Below are positions 1 through 11,900 of a stretch of 64,000 bases of DNA, piece by piece. Source of the stretch: Azolla caroliniana (taxonomy: Eukaryota > Plantae > Polypodiophyta). The stretch is from NCBI GenBank assembly GCA_043228905.1, contig JBHGNT010000005.1, forward strand, positions 14,384,001 through 14,448,000, read 5' to 3'. Under the pieces are notes generated by a model. That model was given only the letters and a program-made list of their open reading frames with translations, did not search any database and was not told the DNA's origin. Each line of letters starts with the position of its first letter. Position 1 is the first letter of the stretch. Both the position numbers and the translations under genes were made by a program.

Positions 1-897
1 GAGGCCAAAGCTTTACGGGATAACACCGCTGCGTCAACGGCAAAGTTTCTATATGAGTACATCTGGTGCCGTTACGGATGCCCCATTGAATTGATAAGTG
101 ACCAAGGGGGGCACTTTCTCGGACAAGTAGTGGAAAGCCTAACGACCTTCTATGCCGTGGTCCACAAACGAAGCACACCTTACTATCCACAGGCGAACGG
201 ATTAGCGGAATCAACAAACAAGCCGCTCCAGAATATCCTTCAGAAGATCGTCAACGAGAACCGGACGGATTGGGACACAAAGCTACATAGCGCGCTTTGG
301 GCATACCGGACGGCATACAAAACGAGCATCCAAACAACACCGTTCCGGTTGGCGTTCGGACTCGAGGCGGTCATGCCGGTAGAATTCCAAGTACCTAGCT
401 TACGGATCCAGCTACGGGAAAGGCTGAACGAGAAGGAGTCGGAGGCAATAAGGTTGACAGCGCTGTGTGAGCTCGAGGAACAACGACTGGCCAGCATCCT
501 ACATTTAGAATTGGAGCAACGCAGACGGAAAGCATTTGTCGACCGACACAGGAAAGGTAACGAAAAAATGTTCGTAATCGGCAAACCGGTGTTAGTATTC
601 CAAACCCGGATGGGCAAGATGCCGGGTAAACTAAGGTTTAGATGGACCGGACCATATTGGCTAACACAGGAGTATAATGGGTCCTACCAGTTGGGGACAC
701 TTGCCGGCGAAGTTCTAGGCAAATGGGTCAACGGATTCCGGTTAAAGGCATATAGAGGACCGATGCCTAAGAACCCATTTGAGCAGAGGACCGACACCAG
801 TGAGGGCAACGGCAACCACCAAGACGGCAGAGAAGGCGAGCCGGTAACTGGGGAGAACGACGCCGGTAAGGGTCCGAGAGGACCAACGGACAAGTGA
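1..897 (+). CDS. pol: Gypsy integrase, catalytic core and C-terminus (partial pol, no chromodomain)
   Basis: LISDQGGHF, STPYYPQANGLAESTNK, WAYRTAYKT, GKLRFRWTGPY and VNGFRLKAY motifs. The frame is open from the window start. Confidence 0.93.
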   Translation, partial: EAKALRDNTAASTAKFLYEYIWCRYGCPIELISDQGGHFLGQVVESLTTFYAVVHKRSTPYYPQANGLAESTNKPLQNILQKIVNENRTDWDTKLHSALWAYRTAYKTSIQTTPFRLAFGLEAVMPVEFQVPSLRIQLRERLNEKESEAIRLTALCELEEQRLASILHLELEQRRRKAFVDRHRKGNEKMFVIGKPVLVFQTRMGKMPGKLRFRWTGPYWLTQEYNGSYQLGTLAGEVLGKWVNGFRLKAYRGPMPKNPFEQRTDTSEGNGNHQDGREGEPVTGENDAGKGPRGPTDK

Positions 898-1054
898 CGT
901 CACAATAATAATAATAATAACTGAAAAAAAAAAAAAAAAAAAAACAATCATGCAAAAGCGAGGAAAGAATGGAGGAAAGAGCGAGGAGCGAAAAGGTACA
1001 TAGTGGGCATTTAAAGCACCACCACAGGACATAATGCTATTTTAAGTACGCGAC

Positions 1055-4045
1055 ATGCACACACTCGAAAAAGGCGCCAGAATGCACAGACAAAAACCAC
1101 TGCGCGTAGAGACCCTCTACTTTCGCGAACCCAGGAGCACAGAAGCACCAAGACGCTGCAAGATCATGAGACGAGAACCTGCGCACAGAGAATCCCCGCC
1201 TTCTGAACTCTCTCTTTCTCAACCCCACTCTCATCACCATCCATCCTCGCCACCGCAATCCGACCCCGACACAGAAATGGACCCGCAAACGCTGTCGGAA
1301 GCCGCCAAGACATGGTTGAAGCAACACGGGCTCGAGGGCTTCTTGATGATGATGGAAGTACCGCCACACAAAGAAGCCGACAAAGTGATCAAGGAAATCG
1401 ATACAACGGTCATAACGACAGAGGCGATTCGAGCGTTAACAGGCCTTCCGGAGGGAGGCATACCCACGATCGACAATCCAACCCCGGAGCAACTCATCAG
1501 GTATTTTGGTGAGTACTCTCTAGCCAGCAAGGGCTACCGGACACAGGGCGGCGGAGATATGTTGTTCCGCGAAATTGCTCGTGTGCTCCATGAATACGGC
1601 CACGTGTACCCTAGACCCCCTGTCATGCTGCAGAACCGGGCAGGGATGATCATCGCCACCTATGAAGGGATCAAGGTGGATTGGCCGGTATTGATTGCAG
1701 ACGGGTTGTGTGCGGCGATCGAGATCGTCACAGGCAAAGACGGCAAAGAAGGCCGAGACGGACGAAGGATATGGCACACCGTAACGCAGTGGCTCACCTT
1801 GCTGGTGCCACCCGTTCAGACCATCCAGCCCAAGAAGCGAGGAAGAGTGGCAGACGGCACCCCAAGGACGGCTTCCAAACGGCAACAACTGTTGGCCTCT
1901 AAGGCCAGTAAGGGAAAGGCGGCGGATGCAGAACAGGCGGCAGCAGGAAGCGGCAGCCGGAAGCGCCCAACGGAGGCGCAGGAGGAACCACCGGCACGGC
2001 CCGTAAAGGTCACACTCCGCCGACCGGTGAATCGAGAAGTGGACCCCTTGGCGGCAAAACTCAATGTCGGAGCTCAGGAGGAGGAAATAGAGGAGGAGCC
2101 TACGGAGCACCTCCAGCGACGGTCGTCGACAAGGACCGTTGAGACATCCGGGAAACGTTCGGACCCTCAGACGGAGGGAACACCGGCTCCCCATACTGAG
2201 ACTCCCACGCCAAGGAAGGAACCGGAACCGGTGCAGATGGCACCGGAAACAGAAGCCCCGACACCACCGGCAACACCGGCAAGTCCCATCCCGCCAGAGC
2301 CGGAAAGGTCACTGCAGCCTCCCTCGGTCAGCCAAGAAGAAGTGCAACGGGAACCAGGACAGCAGAATGGTCCACGGGCAGAAACGGAACTGCAACTCGG
2401 CGCAACCAGGCAGGACTACCCCTCTACAAGTGAGCCCATCTGTCAAACCTCCGTGCAAGCACAACAAGGCACCGGTAGCCTGTGGCTCCGGTGGATAGGA
2501 GAACAGATAGCCGGAGCAGTGGGGTATATTGAGGCGGAAGAAAGAGCGCACAACGAACGGTTGCTCGTCACAACCGAACAACTAGAGACGGCCTGGTCCA
2601 GAATCCGGTGCCTTGAAAAAGACTTGGATTAGGTCACGACAGAGATGGCCAAAATACGGATCCAATCACCGGTGACTCCGGTAAGTGTACAGAATAAAGA
2701 AACGGAACGACCTGTACATAGCAATAAGACCCCGACAACGGAAACCGTTCCGGCGAGAGATGCGGCGCAAGCTCAGGAGCTTGCGGAATTGAGAGAGGAA
2801 CTTGCCGCACAAGAAGCGCTAAGGAGCCGTGAACGAGAATTGAAGACGGCGGCCGAAGCCGAATTAAAGAAGACTACTGAGAACCTCCGTCGGGCAGAGG
2901 AGAGCCTCCGGAAAGGCCATCAAGCGTACGACCGGCTAAAGGAGGCGAAAGACAAAGTGCTGCAGGAAAAGCACAAGCTGCGGAAAACGGAGGAAACAGA
3001 GATGGAACGGCTAAAGGAAGAGCTCCGCCAGCAGAAGGACCGCGAGGACCGGGCCCGTCGTCAGATCAATGCACAGCTCAAGCAAAAGACGGATGATTTT
3101 GAGCACCTGCACCGGGACTACAAACGGCTGGAAACGGAGCATAAAGAACGGATGGCCGAGCTCCAGCAGGCAGTTGATCGGGCCGCGACGGCGATCGCCG
3201 ACGAACGGGCGGAAAATACAAGACGCTTGGACGAGGCGGACAAGGCCCGGATGGAACTCCAGAGGTAGCAGCAGGAAGACAAAGAGAGAGCGTCAACAGT
3301 ATTGCAGAAATTACAAAGCACATATCAAAGGCAATTGACGCATTACAAGGCACAGGCGGAGGACAACGTCAAAATCATCAAACAACTGAAGGAGGAACGG
3401 CAAGCGGCGGAAACCAAATCGCAATTGGGAACGAGCCGGATTCAGTCCATCCTCCGGACATGGCTGAATCAGACAAAACACTTGATTGATGAAAGCTCCG
3501 TAAAATGGTGGACAAAGTGGGCACAAAACGCGGCGGAACTCCAGTTGCTACGGGTGGATGTGGCAAACCGGCAGAAGGAAGGAGATGATTGTTATACGTT
3601 GACTTCCGAGGACTTTACCGCCATACGGGACGAGCTGGCCGACGACTTCCAAGTCCTGGCGGATGAACAGCTGGCGAAGGTCAGGCAGCTCGTAGCTCAG
3701 CTGGACGATGATAGGCTGGACACTCAAATCCAGTTTGAAAGCTACGAGTGGTCCCGGTTGCGGGAAGAAAAAGCACGGGAAGCGGCAACGGTTAACCTTA
3801 GTGATGAGGAACCGTCGCCGGCTGAGGGCCAGCTGGGAACCAGTCAATCGGAGACCACTACGACGCAGGGAGCAACGACGAAGACGTCGGTGTCAGAGCC
3901 ACAATTGGAGGAACAGCCGCAACAACCACCAACGGACCCGCCGCAGCAGACTGCAACAGAACAACAACAACAACAACAACCACTTCCAGATGAACCATTG
4001 GAGCCTCTCCAACAAAGCATTCTGGACATTTTGGACGAAGAATAG
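1055..4045 (+). pseudogene. Large sense-strand 3' extra ORF of element A (globular N-terminus, basic NLS-like motif, Pro/Glu linker, long coiled coil), with two in-frame TAG stops
   Basis: ORFs 1055-2632, 2645-3268 and 3302-4045 are in the same frame and separated by single TAG codons. The C-terminal half is E/K/R/A/Q-rich and heptad-like. Confidence 0.8.
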
Positions 4046-4080
4046 CAAGGGTCGGTTGTGGATTCGATGTACAAGGTACT

Positions 4081-4097
4081 GTCCCATGGGCGTGCCA
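4081..4097 (+). other. Sense copy of a tRNA-Arg(UCU)-like 3' end (reads as a PBS on the minus strand), immediately upstream of the 3' LTR
   Basis: GTCCCATGGGCGTGCCA vs the plant tRNA-Arg(UCU) 3' end as recalled, GTCCCACTGGGCGTGCCA. It lies 2 nt from the LTR TG, and no purine tract is present. Confidence 0.65.
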
Positions 4098-4099
4098 TG

Positions 4100-4434
4100 T
4101 GTTACTGGCCGGTAAAGGAGTCCAGAGTGGGAAACGGAGAGCTAATTAAGTAGTAGGAATGTGGTTGTAATTAAGCTATGAGTGTGGACGGACGGACCGG
4201 AATCGGTATGCCGTTCCGGATCCGGACCGATCCCGAACAGGTGCGGATGGCACCGTTTTGTAATACAGACCGGAAACCTATTTAAAGGCCCAGATACAAT
4301 GTAATAGTTAGCGGTTAATTAATGAAAGCTTAAGCGTTGTTATCTCTCTGTGTTAATTGCCGTTCTGTCTTAATTGTTATATCTTACGCGTGTTATGAAA
4401 GAGTTAGGCCATTGTCCGGCCCGAAGAGTTAACA
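4100..4434 (+). repeat. 3' LTR of element A
   Basis: TGTTAC...GTTAACA ends. Plus-strand TATTTAAA (~4279), AATGAAA (~4321) and a GT-rich U5. Confidence 0.75.
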
Positions 4435-5339
4435 TATGTATACGATATTTTGTCGAATCGCCGAAGGCTCGCACAATCCCTTCTCATGTGGTCCATGCTA
4501 TTGCACCACACGCATCTAAAGGGTTCTTTTCCTTTAGGGCCCCGACGATTCATGTTGGCTAGCGTGACCTTCTCGAACTTCTTTGCTAGCTCTTCAATGA
4601 TGTCGTCATCAATCTTCTTTTCTTCCACGTTACTTTGTCTTGGCGGCTCAACTACTTTCGGCGGTCTTGCTTTCTCCGTGGTAGTCGATGTCGTCAAGTC
4701 GGTGTCATCAACCCATTGGCAATGCTTGTCGAGCCTATTACATGCCCGCTTCACCGCAATCCAGTCCGCTACGAGCCCATTTTCTTGGGTATCATCTTCG
4801 AGAAGAGTCCCCAACTCCCGTCTATCCTTTATGTCCACGGCCTTCAAGAAGTACAAAATCTTGTCCTCTTCAAGCAACACTTGGTCCGTATTGGGGAGAC
4901 GACTAAACATTTGGTCGAATTCGTCGTACACCCTCGAGACGCTCATCTTCTTATTCTTCTTCTCTATCCACTTCATCAGGGCATGTCGAGTCATCCTCGT
5001 GGAGTCTTCAGTCATGAACTCCGCTAGTATCGTTTTCTCGAACTCGGACCATGTTGTCTTACCTTCTTAAAGCTCGATGACGCGTCTTTGGCTGTTGTTG
5101 GCAACAACTCTCTTGAAGCTTGCGATTTGACGTGCCTCGGACACGTCCCTCTTATTCATCTCCCTTCTATATGCATCAAGGAACTTCGTAATGTTCCTTC
5201 CATCGAAATGGCCCTCGAGCTCTACGACACGATCGACAGCCTTCTCCACGCTCGCGTCGTTGTCCCGAGATCTCATCATTTGCTCGACGATTAGCATCAT
5301 CCTTTCGAGCTCTCCCGCTTGGTTGCTTGAGGACGCCAT
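4435..5339 (-). pseudogene. gag: gag of element B1, interrupted
   Basis: MASSSNQAGEL...; CCHC knuckle CVWCNSMDHMRRDC; in-frame TAA at 5069-5067. Confidence 0.85.
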
Positions 5340-5380
5340 CTCCAAGTATTAATCTCGACTTAATCCTTCCTACCGCCTCT

Positions 5381-5398
5381 TTCACGTCGGGTTCACCA
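5381..5398 (-). promoter_or_regulatory. Primer-binding site, tRNA-Trp
   Basis: TGGTGAACCCGACGTGAA is the 18-nt complement of the plant tRNA-Trp 3' end (TTCACGTCGGGTTCACCA) and lies next to the LTR. Confidence 0.9.
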
Positions 5399-5869
5399 CT
5401 TAATTATGTCGTGAAGATCCGTCACTACGCGCGGATCGTGAGGCGGAACCGCCGGGGTTTTGGACTGGAAGGATTCAAAGTCGGTACAAGTTTTGGCGCA
5501 AGTTTTAGCGAGAAAGTACTTAAGATAGATTAGGAAAGAGAGAAGTTGAGATTACACGATTGAGAGAGATTGATTGAACTTTTAACTTTAGATTTAAGAA
5601 ACAAGTTACACGATCAATTTGATAACGAATTTCTTCCTCTTAATTTTCATAAAAAAAAACCGTCTTTTTTTTCCTCCCCCTTCCTTCCTTTATAGATGCT
5701 CTCATGCATATGATGCATGTGAGGGTACAAGACATGCATAAATTGCATGTTTGCCATTTGGCACTTATGTATTACATGTGGTGCATGATAACCATGTCAC
5801 TCATTTTAGCTCTCATGTATGAGAATTTATATGTAAAAGTACAATGATAGAAATATAATTTCAACTAAA

Positions 5870-5930
5870 TAGCTTAATGGTAAGCCAATTGACTCCTAAC
5901 TTGGAGGTGCAAGGTTCGAATCCTTACTTG
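5870..5930 (+). promoter_or_regulatory. tRNA-like A-box/B-box module inside the B1 LTR
   Basis: TAGCTTAATGG (5870-5880) with D-arm GCTT/AAGC; GGTTCGAATCC (5913-5923) in a T-arm hairpin. Confidence 0.75.
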
Positions 5931-6068
5931 CCCTCCTTGTATATGTAAATATGTATATATATTTATATATTTATTTATCTAGTCGTCGGACGCCGGATGC
6001 CGTCGCCGGATGCCGTCGGTTACCGGTGCCTCGCCGGATGCCGTCGGTTACCGATGCCGTCACCGGAT

Positions 6069-6368
6069 GCCGTCGGATGCCGGTGTCTCACTGGCACCGG
6101 ATGTCGTCGGATCATCGGCTCCATCGTCGGTCCGGTTTTGGTTGCCGTCGGATGCCGGTGTCTCACTGGCACCAGATGTCGTCGGATCATCGGCTCCATC
6201 GTCGGTCCGGTTTTGGTTGCCGTCGGATGCCGGTGTCTCACTGGCATCGGATGTCGTCGGATCATCGGCTCCATCGTCGGTCCGGTTTTGGTTGCCGTCG
6301 GATGCTGGTGTCTCACTGGCACCGGATGTCGTCGGATCATCGGCTCCATCGTCTGTCCGGTTTTGGTT
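6069..6368. repeat. 4 x 75-bp CCGG/TCGG-rich tandem repeat in the U3 of the B1 LTR
   Basis: Unit GCCGTCGGATGCCGGTGTCTCACTGGCACCGG...CCGGTTTTGGTT starts at 6069, 6144, 6219 and 6294. Confidence 0.95.
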
Positions 6369-6743
6369 GGCCAAAACCCTTTACGAGTAGCTAGCCCACC
6401 TCCACTCTTAGTTCAAGTTACCTTGACCTCTCTATGCTCCACACATAGACACAAAGATAATATCTTTTGCTCCACCTTATATATGATGAGAGCCGTATTT
6501 GTCGTGCCTATGTGGGATATCTCACAATTTTCTTTTTCCTTTCACAAACTTTATACCCTCATATCTTGACATTTAGTTGTCCGTTTCTCGTGTAATAAAG
6601 TGCATTCGAAACCTCCATCATTTTGTACTTAGATATTAAATTTATTTAGAATGTTATCTTCACAATTATTGTACTATGTGATTCATACTCGATTTCATAC
6701 GTTTTATGGGATTTTCACACTATTGCCGAAAATCTTCACGACA

Positions 6744-8177
6744 CCGTATTGGCACCTTCATACCAAACCTTACCCCTATCAAACAATCCACATCCGGATC
6801 GTGCTCCACCCGAATCGGAATGCCGACTAATTCCATCCCCGGTCGGGTCGACATCCGATTCCGCTCCCTTCAGTGCCGGCTCTCATTTCCCCTTTCTTCT
6901 CTATCGCGGCTCCGTCCTCGACCTCCTCGCAGGCCGTTTCCCATCCATCTTCGTTGGCATCGTGCCAGGAGTCCTTGATAGCGCCTTCCATCTCTCTGGT
7001 CTTATGCTGGCACACGGGCTTGACTGTCAGAGTCTCTAGAGTCTACGTGGAGGGTTCTTCTCCTCTCCCGACCTCCACCTTGGCCGGTCTCGCTCCACAC
7101 CCTCTCCCATGGTACCATCGTACCATTCCTCGGCCTTTGCCTGGGCCATGTCCACCTTGTCCGGAAGGCCAACTTGCTCTTAGTCTTCGGAATCCGTCCA
7201 TGTGCCGAATCTCTCTTCTTCTTCAACCATCGACTTCAGAGCCTCGTACGCTTCCCAGACCAAGGCTTCGACATCTAGCTTCGTCGATCCTTCTTGTTGC
7301 ATGCCCGCTTCCTGCCGTGATGACACGTCGTCGTGCGTTATCTTCCTTTTGCCTTTCGCGGACCACTCCTCATCCAACCGTCGGCATACTCATTTGACTT
7401 CTGACCAGTCCTCGGTAAAGCCATTCGCTCCGTCATCGTCTTCGAGCTCAATCCCAATGGCCTGCCGTTCTGTTCGGTCTATCGACCTAACGAACAACAG
7501 GACTTTGTCCGCCCCCACCAGACTTTGATCCCGTGCTGGGAGCCAAGCAAGCCACCGCTCGAACTCTCGGAACGCCGTCGTTGCACCCCGGTGGGTCTTC
7601 GTCGATGCAACCCACTGGTCGAAGTCGCGTCGTCCCCGGCTCTTCCGCCATCTTCCATATGCCTACAAGAGTGCCTCTTCGAAGGCTTCCCACGAACTAT
7701 TAGCTTCTCGGAGTTCCTTCACTTCCGCGTGCATACGAACGGCGCCGACCTGACAGAAGAACTCCAGCCTCAACGCCTTGTCCACGTCTCGCTCCTCCAT
7801 TTCTACATTATAGGCTTCCAAGTAGAATGGGACTTTGTCCCCGTTGAAACGGTCGACTCTTTCAACCACTCTCTCAATAGCTTGTTGCGTCGCTTCTCGT
7901 CTCACCACCATTCGTCTGAAATCCAAGACCACTTCAGCCACCATATTCGCGAAGTCATCGTCTTCCGATTCCATCCTCCCTTGCCGCCCTTTCACGTCAG
8001 GTTCACCAAAGTTGTTGTGGTTTTCCACAGGTACGTGATGAAAGGGGCAGAACCACGAGGGTCTCGGATGAAGAAGAGATGGATTTCGAGAAGTCGACTC
8101 CCTCCAGTCCCGGGTGCACCGGTTGTGGCGCAAACCGGTGGATTCCAGACGCGTACCGGCAGCTACCGAACACGAGA

Positions 8178-8209
<32 letters not shown>

Positions 8210-8911
8210 CCATGCGTGCAACACCGACTCAACACACGCCTCTTATATACATGAAACAAAGGGAAAGAAATGCACCCCACACCAACAGAAACACAAATAT
8301 GCACAACCTTTTATATATTTAATTACAAGAGTAAGATACAACTCCGGCTTCGAGCTAGACCAAGGTAGGTTAGGTTACAACAGTTGTCTACTGCGAAGCC
8401 GCCGATCTGGGAGCTCTCGAGCTCGTCACGCCAAGCAGAGTCTTGCACAGGAGGTCGAGCAGAAGCAAACCCCACTGAACATAGAAGCTCTTCGCTGGAC
8501 TAAACCCTAAACAGACACGAAGGAGAAGAAGAAGGTGAAAGCTGCCAAATTGAAACCCTAAACGAAATAGGGTGAAAAGACCAAAGTACAAACCCTAAGG
8601 GAATAAGAGAAAGATGAAGACCAAGAACTACCAAACCCTAAATCTAATGGTATACTCTCCTAACTCAAAATGGGCAACCCCTCTACAAGGGAGCCTCCCT
8701 TCCTTTTATAGAACAAGGAGAGGGATGCGTAACAATGTGGGATAAATTCCGATTTACATGGGATTCTCTATCCCAACTTTACTTCTACTCGACGCCATAA
8801 AGGCACCCCTATCCCCTACACTATTAGTACAAGGGTGAGTGCACATGCTCCACCCCGCCGATTCTTCCGATATACCCCGGGTTCTCACCATGGCCCGGAA
8901 TCTTCATGACA
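6744..8911 (-). mobile_element. Phygy-like Gypsy element D (5' LTR 8013-8911, tRNA-Trp PBS 7991-8008, decayed gag); host of B1
   Basis: PBS TGGTGAACCTGACGTGAA. The gag segment RFNGDKVPFYLEAYNVEM is homologous to B and C gag. The LTR has TG...CA ends and a minus-strand TATAAAA near 8705. Confidence 0.82.
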
Positions 8912-8990
8912 CAGTGCACTAAAGATCACCTAGTCGTTCCGAACCGTTCCGGTCTTCTCGACCGATCCGTGTGTCCTGACTAACCCGCGC

Positions 8991-11900
8991 TGTCGTGGAG
9001 AATGTGTTTCACGATATAAAAATGAACTTAAATATTGTTTTTAGTAGTATTTGAGAGACTTGAACCCACACCCTTATATACGAAGTACAATATACATACC
9101 ACTAAGAATGTGCTTCACAATATAAGAATGAACCTAAATATTGTATTGAGTAAAATTGAGATACTTCAACCTTCAACCTTACCTACCAAATACAAAGTAC
9201 ATACCATTAAGCTAGGTTATTTGTTTTTAAAATTATCTTTCCATCATTATACTTATCCTAGTTTATTTTCATACATGAGAGCTCAAATGAGCGAGTTGTC
9301 TATCATGCATGTACGCCAAATGGTGATCATGCATCACATGCATGTCTTGTACACTCACATGCATTGTATGCATGGGGCCAACTATAAAAAGAGTGGAAGG
9401 ATCAAGAAGAAAAAGTAAGAAATCAAATAATATAATCAAGCAAAGAAGCTTGCTCATTTGGGTAAATGTCTTGTCTCTCGGTGTTGAAATCAAGGGTTCA
9501 AATCAAGAGTCGATAAACAAAGGTTTCATCTTGCTTTCAAGCATTGTAAAGTTGGTAAAATCTTGTTTTCTTAATATAAATAATGTTCATATCAAATACT
9601 CTTGCTTCTTAAATCATACATTGTCTCTATCTTTTATCTATACTCACCTCTCACACACGCATTACTTTGTCTTCCTATCCTTAATCTTTCTAACATCAAC
9701 ATAGAAGCCTTACGAAATATATAGCCAACTTCCTTTAACCTTAGTCCCTGCGACTTCGCCGCACGAACCACAACTACCCCGACACATTTGGTGAACCCGA
9801 TGTGAAGGAGGCGACAAATGGAGGAGCAAATGAGGCTTATGTGTACGATGATGGAACGAATGTTGCAGGAGCAAGGGATGATGGCAAGCGTTGACAAAGC
9901 CGTTGACAATATTCTCGCACAAGTAGGAATCTTCGAAGGTATGAATTTAACAAAATTTCTGTAGATTTACAATGAGGAAATGCTTAAACGAGGCATCGAC
10001 GAAGCCGCAAAAATTAATAGCTTCCGTCGAGTTGTTGCGATTAGGTTACAAGAAAGGATCCTGGAGCTATAGAGGGAGCATCAGACATGGGCAACTTTTG
10101 AAAGAGAATTACTAAATGAATACAACCTCAACGATATGTCAAGGATGACAAGGCGATTTTTCATGGATTGGGTAGAGTTTGATAAATATTTAAGTGTTTT
10201 GGAAGTGTTAAAAGATTTTTCAGAAAGATTTGCGCAATTAAATGTTAGGGATAGAAATATAATATTGCTAGATAAAATAATATTATTTCTACAAGCCACT
10301 AATATTAAAGACAAGAAGGACTTGGGAATGCTTTTGGAAGATCAGAATAGTCCGAGTGGACTTACCAAAGACTGGGAGGAGGTGAAAAGGGCTTGCGCCC
10401 ATTTCTGTAAAAGAAAGTTATGGTTTATGGAGCTGTCGGAGAGGAAGGGAGACAAAACGAGGAACATCTCGGGAGAGAAGAAAATAGAAGATTCACTCTT
10501 GCATGAGTTGGTGAAAGGCATGAAAGACTTGTTGATCAAAGTGACGAAGCTAGAATTGGGACATAGTTTAACTTCGTCAAGGCAAGGAGGTGGAATGGTC
10601 CGAAGGTGTATGTGGTGTGACAATATCAACCATCAGAAGAAAGACTGTCAAGAACATAGGGATGCTCTTAATCATGATAAAGTCTATTATCAAGATGGTA
10701 AGATTCACTCGATAGAGACTCGACAACCACTTGAACTCAACTTCGAGCGAGGTGGAATGAAAAAGCTAATGGAAGATGCCTAGAGAGAATCGACTCAAGC
10801 GATACAATCTGTGGCAACCTTAGGGTTGCGTGTAGAAGACTCATATGGTGGATCTGACTTTTGGCAAGGTGTGCTGGAGTTTGCAAGAAAAGGGAAGGTT
10901 CGGGTGGATGAATTAAAAAGAGCGGGAGATGAAATATGGCACTTCACTATCAACATTCGCCCAAGTGAATGCACAAGATGTGCTAGTGGAAGAGAAGCGG
11001 AAGAGAGCTGAGGAAGTTGATCCAACAAAGAGGCATGACACATGAGAACAGAAGAGAAGGGAGATGGAAAAGGGTGCTACTGAGCCGAAGGAAATTGATA
11101 AAGTAAAAGGGAAGACAAACCCATCTTTCAAGCTTGCTTCAGACATAGAAACCACGACGGATATAAAACAAGTACTAGAGACAAGAATATTAAATAGTAA
11201 GGTAGAATTTACTTTAAGAGAAGACTTGTTGGGTATATTAAAGAAAGAATTTCATGAAGTTATCATAGATATTATTAGAAGAAAGAGACAAGTGACGAAG
11301 GAAGTTACGGAACGGTGTACAACAACCCTCTAAGATTTGTATGGTGACACACCATTAACACTGCAAGTGTAAAAAATACAAATGGTGTTGGGGTTCATGA
11401 AGGGGATAGGAGCCATTATACAAGGGACCATTGGGCTCGAGCAACAACAGAGGCACCTGCAAAAATTGGGGAGCAACAAATTCCATGTATTGCTTTGATC
11501 GATCATGGATCCGAGATTAACATGATGTCGTCGGAATTTTACGCTCAAGGACGGTGGTCGATCGATAAGAATCATGGCTGGAAGATAAGAGCTGCCACAG
11601 AGACTATGGAGGATCTATTCGGAGCATGCCCCAATATGAAGGTAACAATTGGAAATGTGTTAATGAAAATTTCTTTGTGCAGGATTGATCAACCTACCTC
11701 GTCATCCTGGGTCAACCATACATCACCGCAGTAAGGATGGAAACAAAGGTGATTGATGATGGTTCAGCTTTTGCGAGGATTAAGAGTCGAGATGGAAGAA
11801 AGACAGTCTAATTCTAAACCATGAGGCCCAACCACGAAAGAAGAGAAGAATGCTTGAGGGAACATCCAGTTCGGGAGGTGGATGAAGAATTTTCTCAAGA

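Larger units (their letters stand above)
1..4434 (+). mobile_element. Gypsy (non-chromovirus, Athila/Tat-like) LTR retrotransposon, 3' part (element A), inserted into the gag of element B1
   Basis: Integrase, then an extra ORF, then an LTR ending GTTAACA at 4434. The next bases (TATGTATACGATATTTTG) match the uninterrupted gag of copy B2 near 60237. Confidence 0.85.
4435..6743 (-). mobile_element. Phygy-like Gypsy element B, copy 1 (5' LTR, PBS, 5' gag)
   Basis: Near-identical to 60237-62089. Has an LTR, a tRNA-Trp PBS and gag. Confidence 0.92.
5407..6743 (-). repeat. 5' LTR of B1
   Basis: TGTCGTGAAGAT...ATCTTCACGACA terminal inverted repeat; homologous to 54373-55396 and 61213-62089. Confidence 0.93.

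Noticed and set aside
1055-4045. env-like gene
   Set aside because: No signal peptide or transmembrane segment is visible.
6069-6368. CRISPR-like array
   Set aside because: Units are contiguous with no unique spacers, there are no cas genes, and the context is eukaryotic.
5951-6569. Several overlapping repeat-protein ORFs
   Set aside because: Artefact of the 75-bp (multiple-of-3), GC-rich tandem repeat within an LTR.
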